A DNA stretch of 64,000 nucleotides from Candidatus Cloacimonadales bacterium (GTDB taxonomy: Bacteria; Cloacimonadota; Cloacimonadia; Cloacimonadales; JAIOQZ01). Every line of letters begins with the position of its first letter. The stretch's first letter is position 1. The notes beneath the pieces were generated by a model. The model had not been told where the DNA came from. It saw nothing but the letters and a program-made list of their open reading frames with translations, and searched no databases. Shown one piece after another: positions 41,101 to 50,229 of this stretch. A program made the translations under genes and the position numbers. The stretch covers positions 3,616,001 to 3,680,000 of the forward strand of contig OY771587.1 of assembly GCA_963674825.1 (NCBI GenBank), written 5' to 3'.

Positions 41101-41260
41101 CATCCCGTATCCCATCATACTGACCGAAGGATTCGGTGATTTCCACATGCCAGATGAATTGATCGAGCTACTTCAAAACGCGTCGGACAGGCATTGCTAC
41201 ATTAACGGTATGACGCAGATTCGCGCCGGTGTTATCCGGCCGAGAGTAGTGGTTGTGTAA
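38186..41260 (+). CDS. Glutamate mutase L (GlmL/MutL-reactivase-like ASKHA) protein with N-terminal Zn-ribbon and long C-terminal extension
   Basis: ITDIGSTTTKA, TSSAGGGL, SGGIDGG, IPTP, VDIGGATTDIFS, RTVSANYGMSYS; CxxC..CxxC N-terminus. Confidence 0.85.
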   Translation: MKRCKSCGKILDDDRTYCDNCADETGRRRRYGEIVERMAERMSSDLGYSKDFAETLTQNNMKQLPSWARKGDRMKDRIIITDIGSTTTKAILLVRDMDGSRMYGPVHAPTTVEKPFEDVMQGVINSLDELQKKTGQKTLTDSGNAIDSESLYLTTSSAGGGLQILVVGLTVFDSASSARRASYGAGGVLLDVFAIDDKRSAIEQMLAMQRLFPDIILFSGGIDGGAVAGLIRLGELLSMANPQAKFGGEDKVPLVYAGNKDAQKVMDVIFRKGFDLHIVPNLRPTMTDENLEPACEKIHQLFMDHVMERAPGYSALKTIVGDDIIPTPTGVMKSMQILSETLDTNIMAVDIGGATTDIFSNIMGNFYRTVSANYGMSYSIANVMKDATRDKLLAMLPSEIDGKYVTNYIGNKMLFPTTYPEGTVQFAIERAASALAIAMSKRQHMEMHFNAEQIGFLDRFKNRDFDKFTETVYYNQKMQERRFHPRDLNVMIGAGGVIAAAKDPKDALMMVVDGLQPLGITEIWRDRHFTSPHLGKLSDIDEDLARKLLLNDCYEKLAMVVTPMSRKIKPGRMVMTVQCDHDSFTISAGQLRYLDNPERKTRKVTIELEKNVYLQDNERTASFETDLPILIDARFGKIAASEVEQTKLQPIEAHFHNDRQDRVVEGDDELTIELPYPGDILVNEGDLVRADTLVGEILYDPPHIYIVELFNVKELDLDQHNLSEFIQVKVGDKVEMGQNLIDRGKSTFIEELRGRVRTFQSPVRGQVDKINYEDGTIVMREIQDYSNKPKKIDVAHKLGVKPQQIRAYLKKQKGDFVHASEVIAKRLVDNQDGKMPMFVHTPTTGTITDVDLKNGTVTVQYNKEPYRRYANLTGTVMKVIPNHSATIRYRGTQFDGVIGFGGEAGATLHWMTNEHDFKTGCINAYGHKIHPQMLLGAKKAGIVGLIAPGIDFDDINDFLSQPIGVGLTGNENIPYPIILTEGFGDFHMPDELIELLQNASDRHCYINGMTQIRAGVIRPRVVVV

Positions 41261-41287
41261 AAGGAAGTACTGTGGTTTCTTGATACA

Positions 41288-41477
41288 GTGCTGCGTCGCA
41301 CTCAGCATGAAACTGGAAAAATGTAATTTTCTGTAGGGGCAGACCACTGTGTCTGCCCTTTTCTAATGCGGACGAGGACGTCCCCGCTCCATGAAGAGAA
41401 ATGCATAAGCATTTCCCCTCCCCGGACTCGTATTTCAATATACGAAGCCCCCGCAGTCGGGGTGACCACGGGGGCTT
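41288..41477. repeat. REP-like/terminator hairpin cluster between convergent genes
   Basis: GTAG-type gtaggggcagaccactgtgtctgccct (41333-41359), gcggacgaggacgtccccgctcc (41368-41390), aagcccccg/cgggggctt stem (41445-41477). Confidence 0.7.
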
Positions 41478-41524
41478 ACGGGTAGACACGGGTTTCAGGG
41501 ATTAATTATGCCTCAGAACCTACC

Positions 41525-42691
41525 TCATTTCAGCAGCATTGCTCTCTGAACCCATTGCTCTGAGCCGGAACGAATGCGGAAAAGATAGATTCCGCTCGAG
41601 GTGGTCGTTCCATTATAATCTTTTCCGTCCCAGCGGCAAGTATGGCTGCCGGGAAGCAGTTTTTCATTCATGATCGTGTTGATTTTACGTCCACGCACAT
41701 CGAATACTTCCACCGTGGTGGCAGCAGGAGCATCCAACTCGAAGCTGATAGATGTCTCCGGATTGAACGGATTAGGATAGATGCTTACCCGATGAGACTT
41801 CGAGACGATGATATCCTCGTCTGTTGCAAGCGATACATCGACAATCCAGATATCCTGAGTTCCGCTACGGTTCGAATTAAATGCAATCTGGCTTCCGTTT
41901 GGGCACCAACAGGAATTGCTGTCCATGCCTTCCGATTCAACCAGTGGAATAAAGCTTGGGTTTTGCGGATTATCGAGGTCTGCAACCCATATGTCGCCAC
42001 TACCGTTGCGCTCGGTGTAGAAGCTCAACCAGCGCGAATCGGGTGACCAGGATTCCGGCATATCGATGCCTTCGGATTCGGTCACGCGGATCAGGATGCG
42101 AGTCTGAAGATCGATTAATGCGATCTCTTCGTCACCCCAGCGATCGGTCATAATGGCGAGCCATCTTCCGTCCGGAGACGCAACAGGAGCGCGATCCTGC
42201 GAAGTTGTGTTGGTCAGTTGATAGACGTTGTAGTCACTAAAAAACTTGCGGCAGATATCCCAGTTTTCACCGTCAACCTTCGCCTCGAAGAAAATGGATT
42301 CTCCGTCGCGATCCCAGCAGAAGCGTCCCTCTTCCGTGTTGTCGGAGGTCAAGAGATCGGGATCAGTATCGTCCATATCCTGATACCAGATCTTGCCTAC
42401 ACCGCTACGTCCGGAATTGAACGCGATCTTCTCTGCATCGGGCGAGAAAGCAGGATAGATGTCGTAGCTATCGCTCTGAATGATAATATCCTGATATTCG
42501 CCATCACAGCCGATCAGGAAGATGTGGTTATCGACGTACATATCCGAGGTGATCGCCATGCATTCACCGCATGAAGCCCAACTTGGATCCATGTCTTCTG
42601 TCGGGTAATCGAAAATTCTAGTCTCAACAGCCATCGAAATCGATGACAGGCATACGAACAGGACGATCGCGAATAATCTTGCCTTGCGCAT
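41525..42691 (-). CDS. TolB-like (PD40 repeat) beta-propeller with C-terminal sorting-like domain
   Basis: PAFSPDAEKIAFNSGRSG, ASPDGRWLA, SWSPDSRWLSF; IYPNPFNPETSI. Confidence 0.9.
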   Translation of the reverse strand: MRKARLFAIVLFVCLSSISMAVETRIFDYPTEDMDPSWASCGECMAITSDMYVDNHIFLIGCDGEYQDIIIQSDSYDIYPAFSPDAEKIAFNSGRSGVGKIWYQDMDDTDPDLLTSDNTEEGRFCWDRDGESIFFEAKVDGENWDICRKFFSDYNVYQLTNTTSQDRAPVASPDGRWLAIMTDRWGDEEIALIDLQTRILIRVTESEGIDMPESWSPDSRWLSFYTERNGSGDIWVADLDNPQNPSFIPLVESEGMDSNSCWCPNGSQIAFNSNRSGTQDIWIVDVSLATDEDIIVSKSHRVSIYPNPFNPETSISFELDAPAATTVEVFDVRGRKINTIMNEKLLPGSHTCRWDGKDYNGTTTSSGIYLFRIRSGSEQWVQRAMLLK

Positions 42692-43048
42692 AATTCCTCC
42701 TTTGTTGTTCACATGCCTCAGAGCTGTGTTTACCGTTCGAAAGTGTTAATATGCAACATGAATGCCAATGCGATTCCTCGTGCCCGAAACCATTATCATG
42801 AGAGTAAATTTAGTTCAGTCGTATCCTTTCAACTCCTTGTTTCGCCGTATTTATGTATCATTTCCGAACACTCGTGTACGTTGCGAATGAACATGCAAAG
42901 TCCGTATCATCTGGATATAGCGCTATATAAATTCGACTCGATGCTAATCCTATCGCCCAAATTATCGGCTACCAGCTCGAAACATGCTGCTTGACAGGAA
43001 TCTGATAGATGGTAGCATGTTGCTATCATTCAACATAAAGGTAACGTT

Positions 43049-46045
43049 ATGAGAAAAATAATCGTTCTTTCGCTTCTTGTGCTGTTCGCAACACTCAGCG
43101 CAACACCCATATACATCGCATTCTTGTGGCATATGCATCAGCCCATCTACTGGCCCTATCAATCGGTTACGGAAACACAGGCTCACGGCTACTACAGCTA
43201 TTCGCTGTTCGATATCTTCAACCAGCGTTACGGCCCTTATACTTACTGGCCTAAAGACGCCGTGCAGTCGGGCATCAATGCCGGTTTCACCCATTTCGGC
43301 GCACAGGTGAGTTTTTCGGGCTCTCTCATCGAAAACCTGAACGACCTTGAAGCCTATGGAAATGGTAATTTCCAGAACTGGAAATCGAACTGGGAATACA
43401 TCAAGAATCAGCAGACATCGCTTGGCAATCCGCGCATCGACATGGTTGGCTTTGGCTATCATCACCCGCTAATGGGACTGATCGATTACAACGATATCCG
43501 CCGCCAAATCCAGGCGCATCGCAACATGCTGAACGCGAATTTCACGGGCAGTTATTCCTCGGGGATCTTCCCGCCGGAATGCGCTTTCTCGCTGAAGATG
43601 ATCCCCGCGCTGACCGATGAAAACCTCGATTGGACGCTGATCGATAACATCCACCTCGAACGTGCCTGCGAAGACTATCCCTTCAATACCGGCGGTAACC
43701 TCTACGAGCCCAATCAAGCCGATGTCCTGAATCCAAATCCGGGCGACTGGCAGCAGCTTAACGGACTCTGGGCGCCAACGCAGGTTTCGCTGCAATGGGC
43801 TCACACACCGCACCGCGTGAAGTACATCGATCCCGCATCCGGAGCCGAAAGCAGCATAATCGCCGTTCCGGCATCGCGCTATCTCGGTACGGAAGACGCA
43901 CGTGGAGGCTTTGGCGCGCTCAATTACGACAACGTCATGAGCCAGTTTGAAGACGCCAATACCGACTCCGAACACCCTATCCTCATCGTTCTTCACCACG
44001 ATGGCGATAACTACGGCGGTGGTACGGATTCCTATTATTACAGCAACTTCAGCCAGTTTATAAGCTGGCTGCAAGATAATCCCGATCGCTTTGTCTGCAC
44101 TACGATCGCAGACTATCTTGAAATGTTCCCACCTGAAAACGACGATTACATCCACGTCGAATCGGGAAGCTGGAGTGGCGCTGACAACGGAGATCCAGAA
44201 TTTCTAAAGTGGAACGGCAATCCCTACAACGGATATAGTCCCGACCGCAATAGCTGGGGCGTTATCACAGCCGCGAAGAACATCGTCCAAACCGCTGAGG
44301 ATAACGATCCCAACAACAACGGAACCATCGACGGCTGGACCTACCTCATGAACGCAGAAACAAGCTGTTACTGGTATTGGGATGGTTCTCAGAACGGCAT
44401 ATGGGACTCTCATCCCACCCGTGGCGCTAACCTCGCCGTAAGCGCAGCATTGCCCGTCGCGCAATCGGGAAACGACCAGACTCCACCGACAATCTACCAG
44501 CCTCAACGTGAGCCCTATAACCCTGGCGGAATGGAATGGAACCAACCCCAATCCTCCGATTTCACTGTCTGGAGCTACGTTTATGATTTGAATGGTCTGA
44601 ACAACGTCATCCTCAAATACCGCATCGATAACGACGGGGTTAACTCCACCGAGAATGACGATAATGAAACCTACGAAGGTGGATCGGATGTTGGTAACTG
44701 GACTTGGGTCTATATGACATCGACTTGGATCGAGCCTCAAACCGAACCCGAGCCATTCTACAAAGCTAATGAATATTCTGGGCAAATCACCGGATTGAAT
44801 GATGTCCTGGTTGACTATTATATCGAAGCGATCGATCAGTACAACAATACCTCACGCTCGACGATCGAACATGTTTACGTGGGTTCGTCGTCCGGCGGAT
44901 CGTATATCAGCTGGGATCCAGTCAATCCCGATGAAGACGACGAGATCACCATTACCGTTACAGGCGTGACCCAAGGTGCATCGCTGCACTGGGGTGTCAA
45001 TCAGCAGGGCAGTACATGGCAGACTCCGAATGGAGTCTACTGGCCGGCTGGATCATCATTGTACAATGGCACCGGTCCTGCCGTGGAATCACCCTTTGTC
45101 GGACCTGATAACGACGGTAATCTGACCATCTCCATAGGGCCGTTCAACAATGAAGCACAGGATGTCAGTTCTTTAGCGTTCGTCTTGCATTGGGACGACA
45201 ATACTTGGGATAATAATGAAGGTAACGACTTCAACATCACCATTAGCGGTGGTGGCGGAAGCGAGACCTACATCATGGACGGCCAGCTCGATGATGGTGC
45301 GCAAATCCTCGCATCGGATGGCAACTATACCCTCTACTACGCCTTCAATGGCGTGGAACTCTACCTCGCTACTGCTGCGGCACAAGTCACCGGAAGCGAC
45401 ACGTTTATCTTTGTGTCGTCCGATCCGGGCAGCATGACGGACGCTCCCTGGGCCAAGAATGGACAGGTAGCACAGTGGGATGCCTATATGGCCAATGAAA
45501 GCACGAACAACTACGCGACCTGGACCGACCAGAACGCGCTTACTTCTATCGCTGTGGGTAGCTATTTGGAAGGAATCATCAATGTTTCCGGCGAGTGGCA
45601 AGGCGCAACAGAGCTTTATGCAGCGCTCGGTCTCTATCACACGAACGACAATGGCGAGCTTGTTCATCAGGCACCAGCAGGTAACAATGACAGCAATCTC
45701 GATGCAAACGAATACCAGGTCTTCGACCTCGATATCACTTCAAACGATTCACCCGATATCGCTGAGTCAGTGCTGATACTGCACCAGAATGCGCCTAATC
45801 CGTTCAATCCGGAGACGACCATCAGCTTTTCGATCCCGCAAGATGGCATGGCAAAGCTGGAAGTATATAACATCAGAGGTCAGAAGGTTCGCACCCTGCT
45901 GAATCGTCATATGAAGAAAGGCGAGCACAAAACCGTATGGAATGGTCTTGATGATATGGGTAAGGCTTCTGCAAGCGGAAATTATCTGTATAAACTTCAG
46001 GTTTCAGATAAAATATATACCCGTAAGATGCTGCTGTTGAAATAA
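43049..46045 (+). CDS. Secreted GH57-like glycoside hydrolase with accessory carbohydrate-binding region and C-terminal sorting-like domain
   Basis: FLWHMHQP, YHHPLMGLI, GIFPPECAF, HHDGDNYG; NAPNPFNPETTI. Confidence 0.85.
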   Translation: MRKIIVLSLLVLFATLSATPIYIAFLWHMHQPIYWPYQSVTETQAHGYYSYSLFDIFNQRYGPYTYWPKDAVQSGINAGFTHFGAQVSFSGSLIENLNDLEAYGNGNFQNWKSNWEYIKNQQTSLGNPRIDMVGFGYHHPLMGLIDYNDIRRQIQAHRNMLNANFTGSYSSGIFPPECAFSLKMIPALTDENLDWTLIDNIHLERACEDYPFNTGGNLYEPNQADVLNPNPGDWQQLNGLWAPTQVSLQWAHTPHRVKYIDPASGAESSIIAVPASRYLGTEDARGGFGALNYDNVMSQFEDANTDSEHPILIVLHHDGDNYGGGTDSYYYSNFSQFISWLQDNPDRFVCTTIADYLEMFPPENDDYIHVESGSWSGADNGDPEFLKWNGNPYNGYSPDRNSWGVITAAKNIVQTAEDNDPNNNGTIDGWTYLMNAETSCYWYWDGSQNGIWDSHPTRGANLAVSAALPVAQSGNDQTPPTIYQPQREPYNPGGMEWNQPQSSDFTVWSYVYDLNGLNNVILKYRIDNDGVNSTENDDNETYEGGSDVGNWTWVYMTSTWIEPQTEPEPFYKANEYSGQITGLNDVLVDYYIEAIDQYNNTSRSTIEHVYVGSSSGGSYISWDPVNPDEDDEITITVTGVTQGASLHWGVNQQGSTWQTPNGVYWPAGSSLYNGTGPAVESPFVGPDNDGNLTISIGPFNNEAQDVSSLAFVLHWDDNTWDNNEGNDFNITISGGGGSETYIMDGQLDDGAQILASDGNYTLYYAFNGVELYLATAAAQVTGSDTFIFVSSDPGSMTDAPWAKNGQVAQWDAYMANESTNNYATWTDQNALTSIAVGSYLEGIINVSGEWQGATELYAALGLYHTNDNGELVHQAPAGNNDSNLDANEYQVFDLDITSNDSPDIAESVLILHQNAPNPFNPETTISFSIPQDGMAKLEVYNIRGQKVRTLLNRHMKKGEHKTVWNGLDDMGKASASGNYLYKLQVSDKIYTRKMLLLK

Positions 46046-46067
46046 TTTATCTTGTAAGATATATTAG

Positions 46068-46119
46068 AGAATAGCCGATTGTCTTTGAGCTTTGCTCGAG
46101 ATGATACGGCTATTCTTTT
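46068..46119 (+). terminator. Rho-independent terminator
   Basis: AGAATAGCCG/CGGCTATTCT stem plus T tail. Confidence 0.75.
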
Positions 46120-46210
46120 GCTGCTCAGAAATCGTTAAAACTTCATTACAACAAGTGCATAGCAAATTATCTTCTTGACAACTACCGCGCTGAAATTCTC
46201 ACATTGATGC

Positions 46211-46705
46211 ATGAATAACACGTATAACAAACTCGCAAGACCAAGCTGGCAACAGTACTTCATCGAAATGGCGTTTCTGGTGTCGAAGCGCTCAACGTGC
46301 CTCCGTCGTGCGGTTGGCGCAGTGATCGTTCGCGACAACCAAATCCTTTCGACCGGCTACAATGGCGCACCGAAGCTCGTAAGACATTGCTCTCAGACAG
46401 GATGTCTGCGCCAGACTATGAACATCCCCTCTGGTGAACGGCATGAACTTTGCCGTGGTGTACACGCGGAGCAAAACGCAATTATCCAGGCTGCCGTCAA
46501 TGGTACGTCAATCAAAGGCGCGACGCTCTATTGCACCACACAACCCTGCATTATCTGTACTAAAATGATTATCAACTCGGAGATCAATAACATATACATT
46601 GCGGAAAGGTATCCGGATATCATGGCCCAGGAGATGCTTCAGGAAGCTGGCGTCTCGTTGATCATGGTGAACAGGGAAACAGGCGAATTGGAGAAGATTC
46701 TGTAA
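46211..46705 (+). CDS. dCMP deaminase / ComEB-family deaminase
   Basis: [26 protein letters not shown]. Confidence 0.93.
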   Translation: MNNTYNKLARPSWQQYFIEMAFLVSKRSTCLRRAVGAVIVRDNQILSTGYNGAPKLVRHCSQTGCLRQTMNIPSGERHELCRGVHAEQNAIIQAAVNGTSIKGATLYCTTQPCIICTKMIINSEINNIYIAERYPDIMAQEMLQEAGVSLIMVNRETGELEKIL

Positions 46706-46719
46706 CCAGGAGTGACTAA

Positions 46720-47133
46720 ATGGGGTTTCAACAGATCTTGCTGATTTCATTAAGCGTAATTCTTGTCGGCATAGCAATTTCCGTAGGTATGAACATCTTT
46801 AGAGCCAACCTGCTCGATAACAACAAAGACGCGATTATCAACGATCTTTCCAATCTCTCATCCCGATGCTACATCTTCCGTGTAAAGCCACGGGAAATCG
46901 ACGGAGGCGGCGGCAGCTATTCCGGCCTGGAAGAAATGGATTTAGGGACATTCGAGATATTGGATAACTCGAATGCTACTTATGAGTTAACCGAAGTCGA
47001 TGCCGATCAGGTTATACTCACAGCAACCGGCAAGCAAGGGAAAACACCCTGGATTATTTCTTGTACGGTTGACGATATCGGCTCAAACAGCTTCTCCGTG
47101 ATCCAATCGGCAAATTTCGAAATAGCCCGTTAA
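46720..47133 (+). CDS. Pilin-like hypothetical protein
   Basis: [24 protein letters not shown]-terminal helix, GGGGSY; lacks the canonical E5. Confidence 0.55.
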   Translation: MGFQQILLISLSVILVGIAISVGMNIFRANLLDNNKDAIINDLSNLSSRCYIFRVKPREIDGGGGSYSGLEEMDLGTFEILDNSNATYELTEVDADQVILTATGKQGKTPWIISCTVDDIGSNSFSVIQSANFEIAR

Positions 47134-47579
47134 TTTTCCACATCCCGTTCGAGAATAATCGTTACCGGTCCATCGTTGACCAGCTTCACCTGCATAAACG
47201 CGCCAAAGACGCCCGTATTCACTCTTACGCTCATATCACGTACCCGTTGCACGAAATCCTCGTACAACCGTTCTGCTTTCTCTGGTTCTGCCGCATCGAT
47301 AAAATCGGGACGACGGCCTTTCTTACAGCGAGCGTAGAGCGTAAACTGCGACACAACGAGCATTTCGCCGCCAATATCCATCAGGCTTTTATTCATCTTA
47401 CCGTTCTCGTCTTCGAAAATGCGCAGTTCGGTCGTCTTTTTCACCAGCCACGGGATCACACTTTCATCATCGCCGTGCGTCACACCAAGTAGCACTAAAA
47501 GTCCGTTGCCTATCTCCCCTACCGTCTTGCCATCGACCTCGACGCTCGCTTCCGATACGCGTTGCAATACAAGCTTCAT
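47130..47579 (-). CDS. dtd: D-aminoacyl-tRNA deacylase
   Basis: [36 protein letters not shown]. Confidence 0.97.
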   Translation of the reverse strand: MKLVLQRVSEASVEVDGKTVGEIGNGLLVLLGVTHGDDESVIPWLVKKTTELRIFEDENGKMNKSLMDIGGEMLVVSQFTLYARCKKGRRPDFIDAAEPEKAERLYEDFVQRVRDMSVRVNTGVFGAFMQVKLVNDGPVTIILERDVEN

Positions 47580-48211
47580 CTCTTCTTCCTCACAGCTTTG
47601 CAGATACCCGCCAGGACGCATCCGCCGCATATCGGCGTGACACGGCAATGCTCCTTCGCATGTCGTACGATCAGAGCATGATATTCGTTGTAGAGCCGAA
47701 CATCTTCACTCAACGTATCCATAAACATCCTCCGAACATCCTCATATTTATCATCCGGCTCGATCAGGCCCAATCGCGAAAAGATGCGCTTCGTATAGGT
47801 ATCCACAACGAACGTCGGCATCTCGAGCGCATAGAGCAGAATCGAATCCGCTGTCTCTGGTCCTACGCCATGCAGTGAAAGCAGATTCGCTCTGGACTCA
47901 TTCAACGGCAAAGCGCGATATGCTCCGATGTCCAGCCCAGACGCAACAGCCTGCAAACGTCTGGCCTTCACGTTGAAATAACCTGCCGGACGAATCATCT
48001 CGGCAAGCTCAGACGGCTGCAAACCACGGATTGCGTTCAGCGTACAGCAATCCTTTTCCTTCAGGTTTGCTATCGCCTTCTCGACGTTCTTCCAGTTGGT
48101 GTTTTGCGTTAGAACCGCACCAATAATGATTTCTTCAGTCGTATCGGCTGGCCACCATTATTGTGGTCCATAGGCATTGAAAAGGGATGTAAAGATTTGT
48201 TGCAGCTTCAT
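47576..48211 (-). pseudogene. Endonuclease III-related HhH-GPD glycosylase with in-frame TAA at codon 18 (48158-48160)
   Basis: MKLQQIFTSLFNAYGPQ*WWPADTTEEIIIGAVLTQNTNWKNV...GVGPETADSILLYA..FVVDTYT..C-x6-C-x2-C-x5-C. Confidence 0.85.
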
Positions 48212-49719
48212 TGCAGTGTGAGAATCAGAACAGGTATCGAATCAGATAAAAATACCGGCTCCGATTCGAGCCAGCTATCGAACTTCCTTTCGTCCGGGAA
48301 GACGCGGTTGTTGTGAACCAGCAGAGCCTGGCTTGTATCGAGATCTGCACTGAATTGTACGCGATCGTCTGATTGCACCAGGTCGGGATTGACGATATGC
48401 CATGTGAGATCGACATCCAGCGCAAAATGGCTGTTTCCGCCCATGTGCAGCGTCAGGAAAGCCTCGTAGCCAGATGTGAGTACGATACGTGAACTGCTGA
48501 GAACCGGGACGCCTGTCTTGTAGGCTTTGCGCTTCATCTCACGGCAATATTCCTTCTGATGGATCGGAAGTGAAGCCCGTACAGCATCGCCGGAATCGAC
48601 ACGATTAAGCTTTTCGAGTTCGGACACAGAAAGAACTGCCTCGCCATCTGCGTTCCAGCCGATTTTGCGGAAATCTTCCGGTTTCAGCATGACAGTTTGC
48701 ATACGGATCGTAGTTTCCACGGTTGGAGCGTCGTAGCGGGAAACGAGTGAATCGACCAGCGATACTTGTTCGCGTGGCAGGTATATATCGAGCTTGTTAC
48801 TGCGTCGGTCCGGTAAGATGAAATGGTTTTCCGGCAGGAAGAAATCAAGCGCGACCTTCATGTCCATTACATCGATGTTCCGCAGATAGACCGCGTAAAG
48901 CGTGTAATCATCCTCGTTGGCTTGTTCCTGTTTCTGATGCGAGACGATGACAGAGCTGTCTTTCACGTAGAAGGAAAGTCCCTGGCTTTGCAGCACCATC
49001 TCGAAGGCTTCCGATATACGCTGGTTTTTTATACTGAGCGTTACCTGACGATCGAGCGTTCCATCCGGCACAATATCCATGTTGCTGCGCTTGGAGAAAT
49101 AGCGTAAAACCTGCTGGAGTGGTACCTCGAAGAGGTCGAGATAGAGCTCGCGATCATCAGGGAAGATGGTCCTCAACGCTTCATTGTCATACTGGAATGC
49201 GCTGGGCTTTTGCATGGCAACAGGAACAGTTTGTGTGGTGCCAACGCGTCGGATCACCGGCTTGGTTACAACCGTATCGGATCGTGGTGTAACTATAGGC
49301 GTCTCATTCGCAATCGGTTTACCGCGCAGGGTCAGAACCAATCGCACGGGATCTTCGGTGAGGTTATCTGTGTGAGATTCGTATGTTCCCTCGAAATAGA
49401 TGGCAACGCTGAGGATATCCTGCTCCTGCTTGAGCTCGAGCATTGATATCAAACCGTTATGTATCTCGAAACGGTTCTGGGGAACCTGCGAGTGTGCGTT
49501 CATGATGTTGATACGCACTTGTCCGTCGGTTCTTTCGGCGGAATATTCGATCGGATGGTTGAATTCGAAGATGATGCGGCATTCATCGGCGTCGCGAGTA
49601 TCGGACGCGATGAATTCACCCAGGACGTACGATCCGTATCGAATATCGATCAGATCGGCGGTCCAGGCGTTCAGTAGCGTAACAGCCAATAGGATATTTA
49701 CGGCAAACGCCTGTTTCAT
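48208..49719 (-). CDS. Divergent PilQ/secretin-like protein (AMIN-like, STN/N0, N domain, short C-terminus)
   Basis: LDLFEVPLQQVLRYFSKRSNMDIV...QVTLSIKN...AFEMVLQSQGL; DRRSNKL...RYDAP. Confidence 0.7.
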   Translation of the reverse strand: MKQAFAVNILLAVTLLNAWTADLIDIRYGSYVLGEFIASDTRDADECRIIFEFNHPIEYSAERTDGQVRINIMNAHSQVPQNRFEIHNGLISMLELKQEQDILSVAIYFEGTYESHTDNLTEDPVRLVLTLRGKPIANETPIVTPRSDTVVTKPVIRRVGTTQTVPVAMQKPSAFQYDNEALRTIFPDDRELYLDLFEVPLQQVLRYFSKRSNMDIVPDGTLDRQVTLSIKNQRISEAFEMVLQSQGLSFYVKDSSVIVSHQKQEQANEDDYTLYAVYLRNIDVMDMKVALDFFLPENHFILPDRRSNKLDIYLPREQVSLVDSLVSRYDAPTVETTIRMQTVMLKPEDFRKIGWNADGEAVLSVSELEKLNRVDSGDAVRASLPIHQKEYCREMKRKAYKTGVPVLSSSRIVLTSGYEAFLTLHMGGNSHFALDVDLTWHIVNPDLVQSDDRVQFSADLDTSQALLVHNNRVFPDERKFDSWLESEPVFLSDSIPVLILTLQ

Positions 49720-49724
49720 CTTCC

Positions 49725-50225
49725 TCAATTGACGTTATTAAGATGTATGGTCGTGCCACCGCGTTTCAGGATGATATGGTTGCGGTGGATGCTTTCAACT
49801 TTCATGTCCTCGACGTTGTCTCCAACGCGATACGCGTCGGTCTTGCCTTCTTTACGTAAATAAACGACAGGTTCCTTGCCTCTTTCGATGATGACACCGT
49901 TTATCTCGAAACCGTTATAGGTATTCATATATTTCACGTTGTCAAGCTGAGTCTTCTTCTTTGCTGCCGCGGGAGCCTGCTGTTGCGGTTCATTCGTGGA
50001 TATCGGATCAGCTGAAGTAAGCTGTGCATCGCTCTCGCCGCTGGCAACAGTGTCGCGGTGAACTACCACGACTTCCTGCCGCACCTGCATATGTTGTGTC
50101 GCCGAACGGATACCGTAGATCAGAATCGCGATACCGATTATGGCTGCGATCGCGATAATGAACCACTTGAACGTGTTATTCATTTTCTCGGCAGATTCAA
50201 TCAAATTGGTTCGATATTTTCCCAT
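49725..50225 (-). CDS. Bitopic membrane protein with PilP/GspC-like C-terminal beta domain
   Basis: One TM helix; FEINGVII...AYRVGDNVEDMKVESIHRNHIILKRGG. Confidence 0.6.
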   Translation of the reverse strand: MGKYRTNLIESAEKMNNTFKWFIIAIAAIIGIAILIYGIRSATQHMQVRQEVVVVHRDTVASGESDAQLTSADPISTNEPQQQAPAAAKKKTQLDNVKYMNTYNGFEINGVIIERGKEPVVYLRKEGKTDAYRVGDNVEDMKVESIHRNHIILKRGGTTIHLNNVN

Positions 50226-50229
50226 ACTT

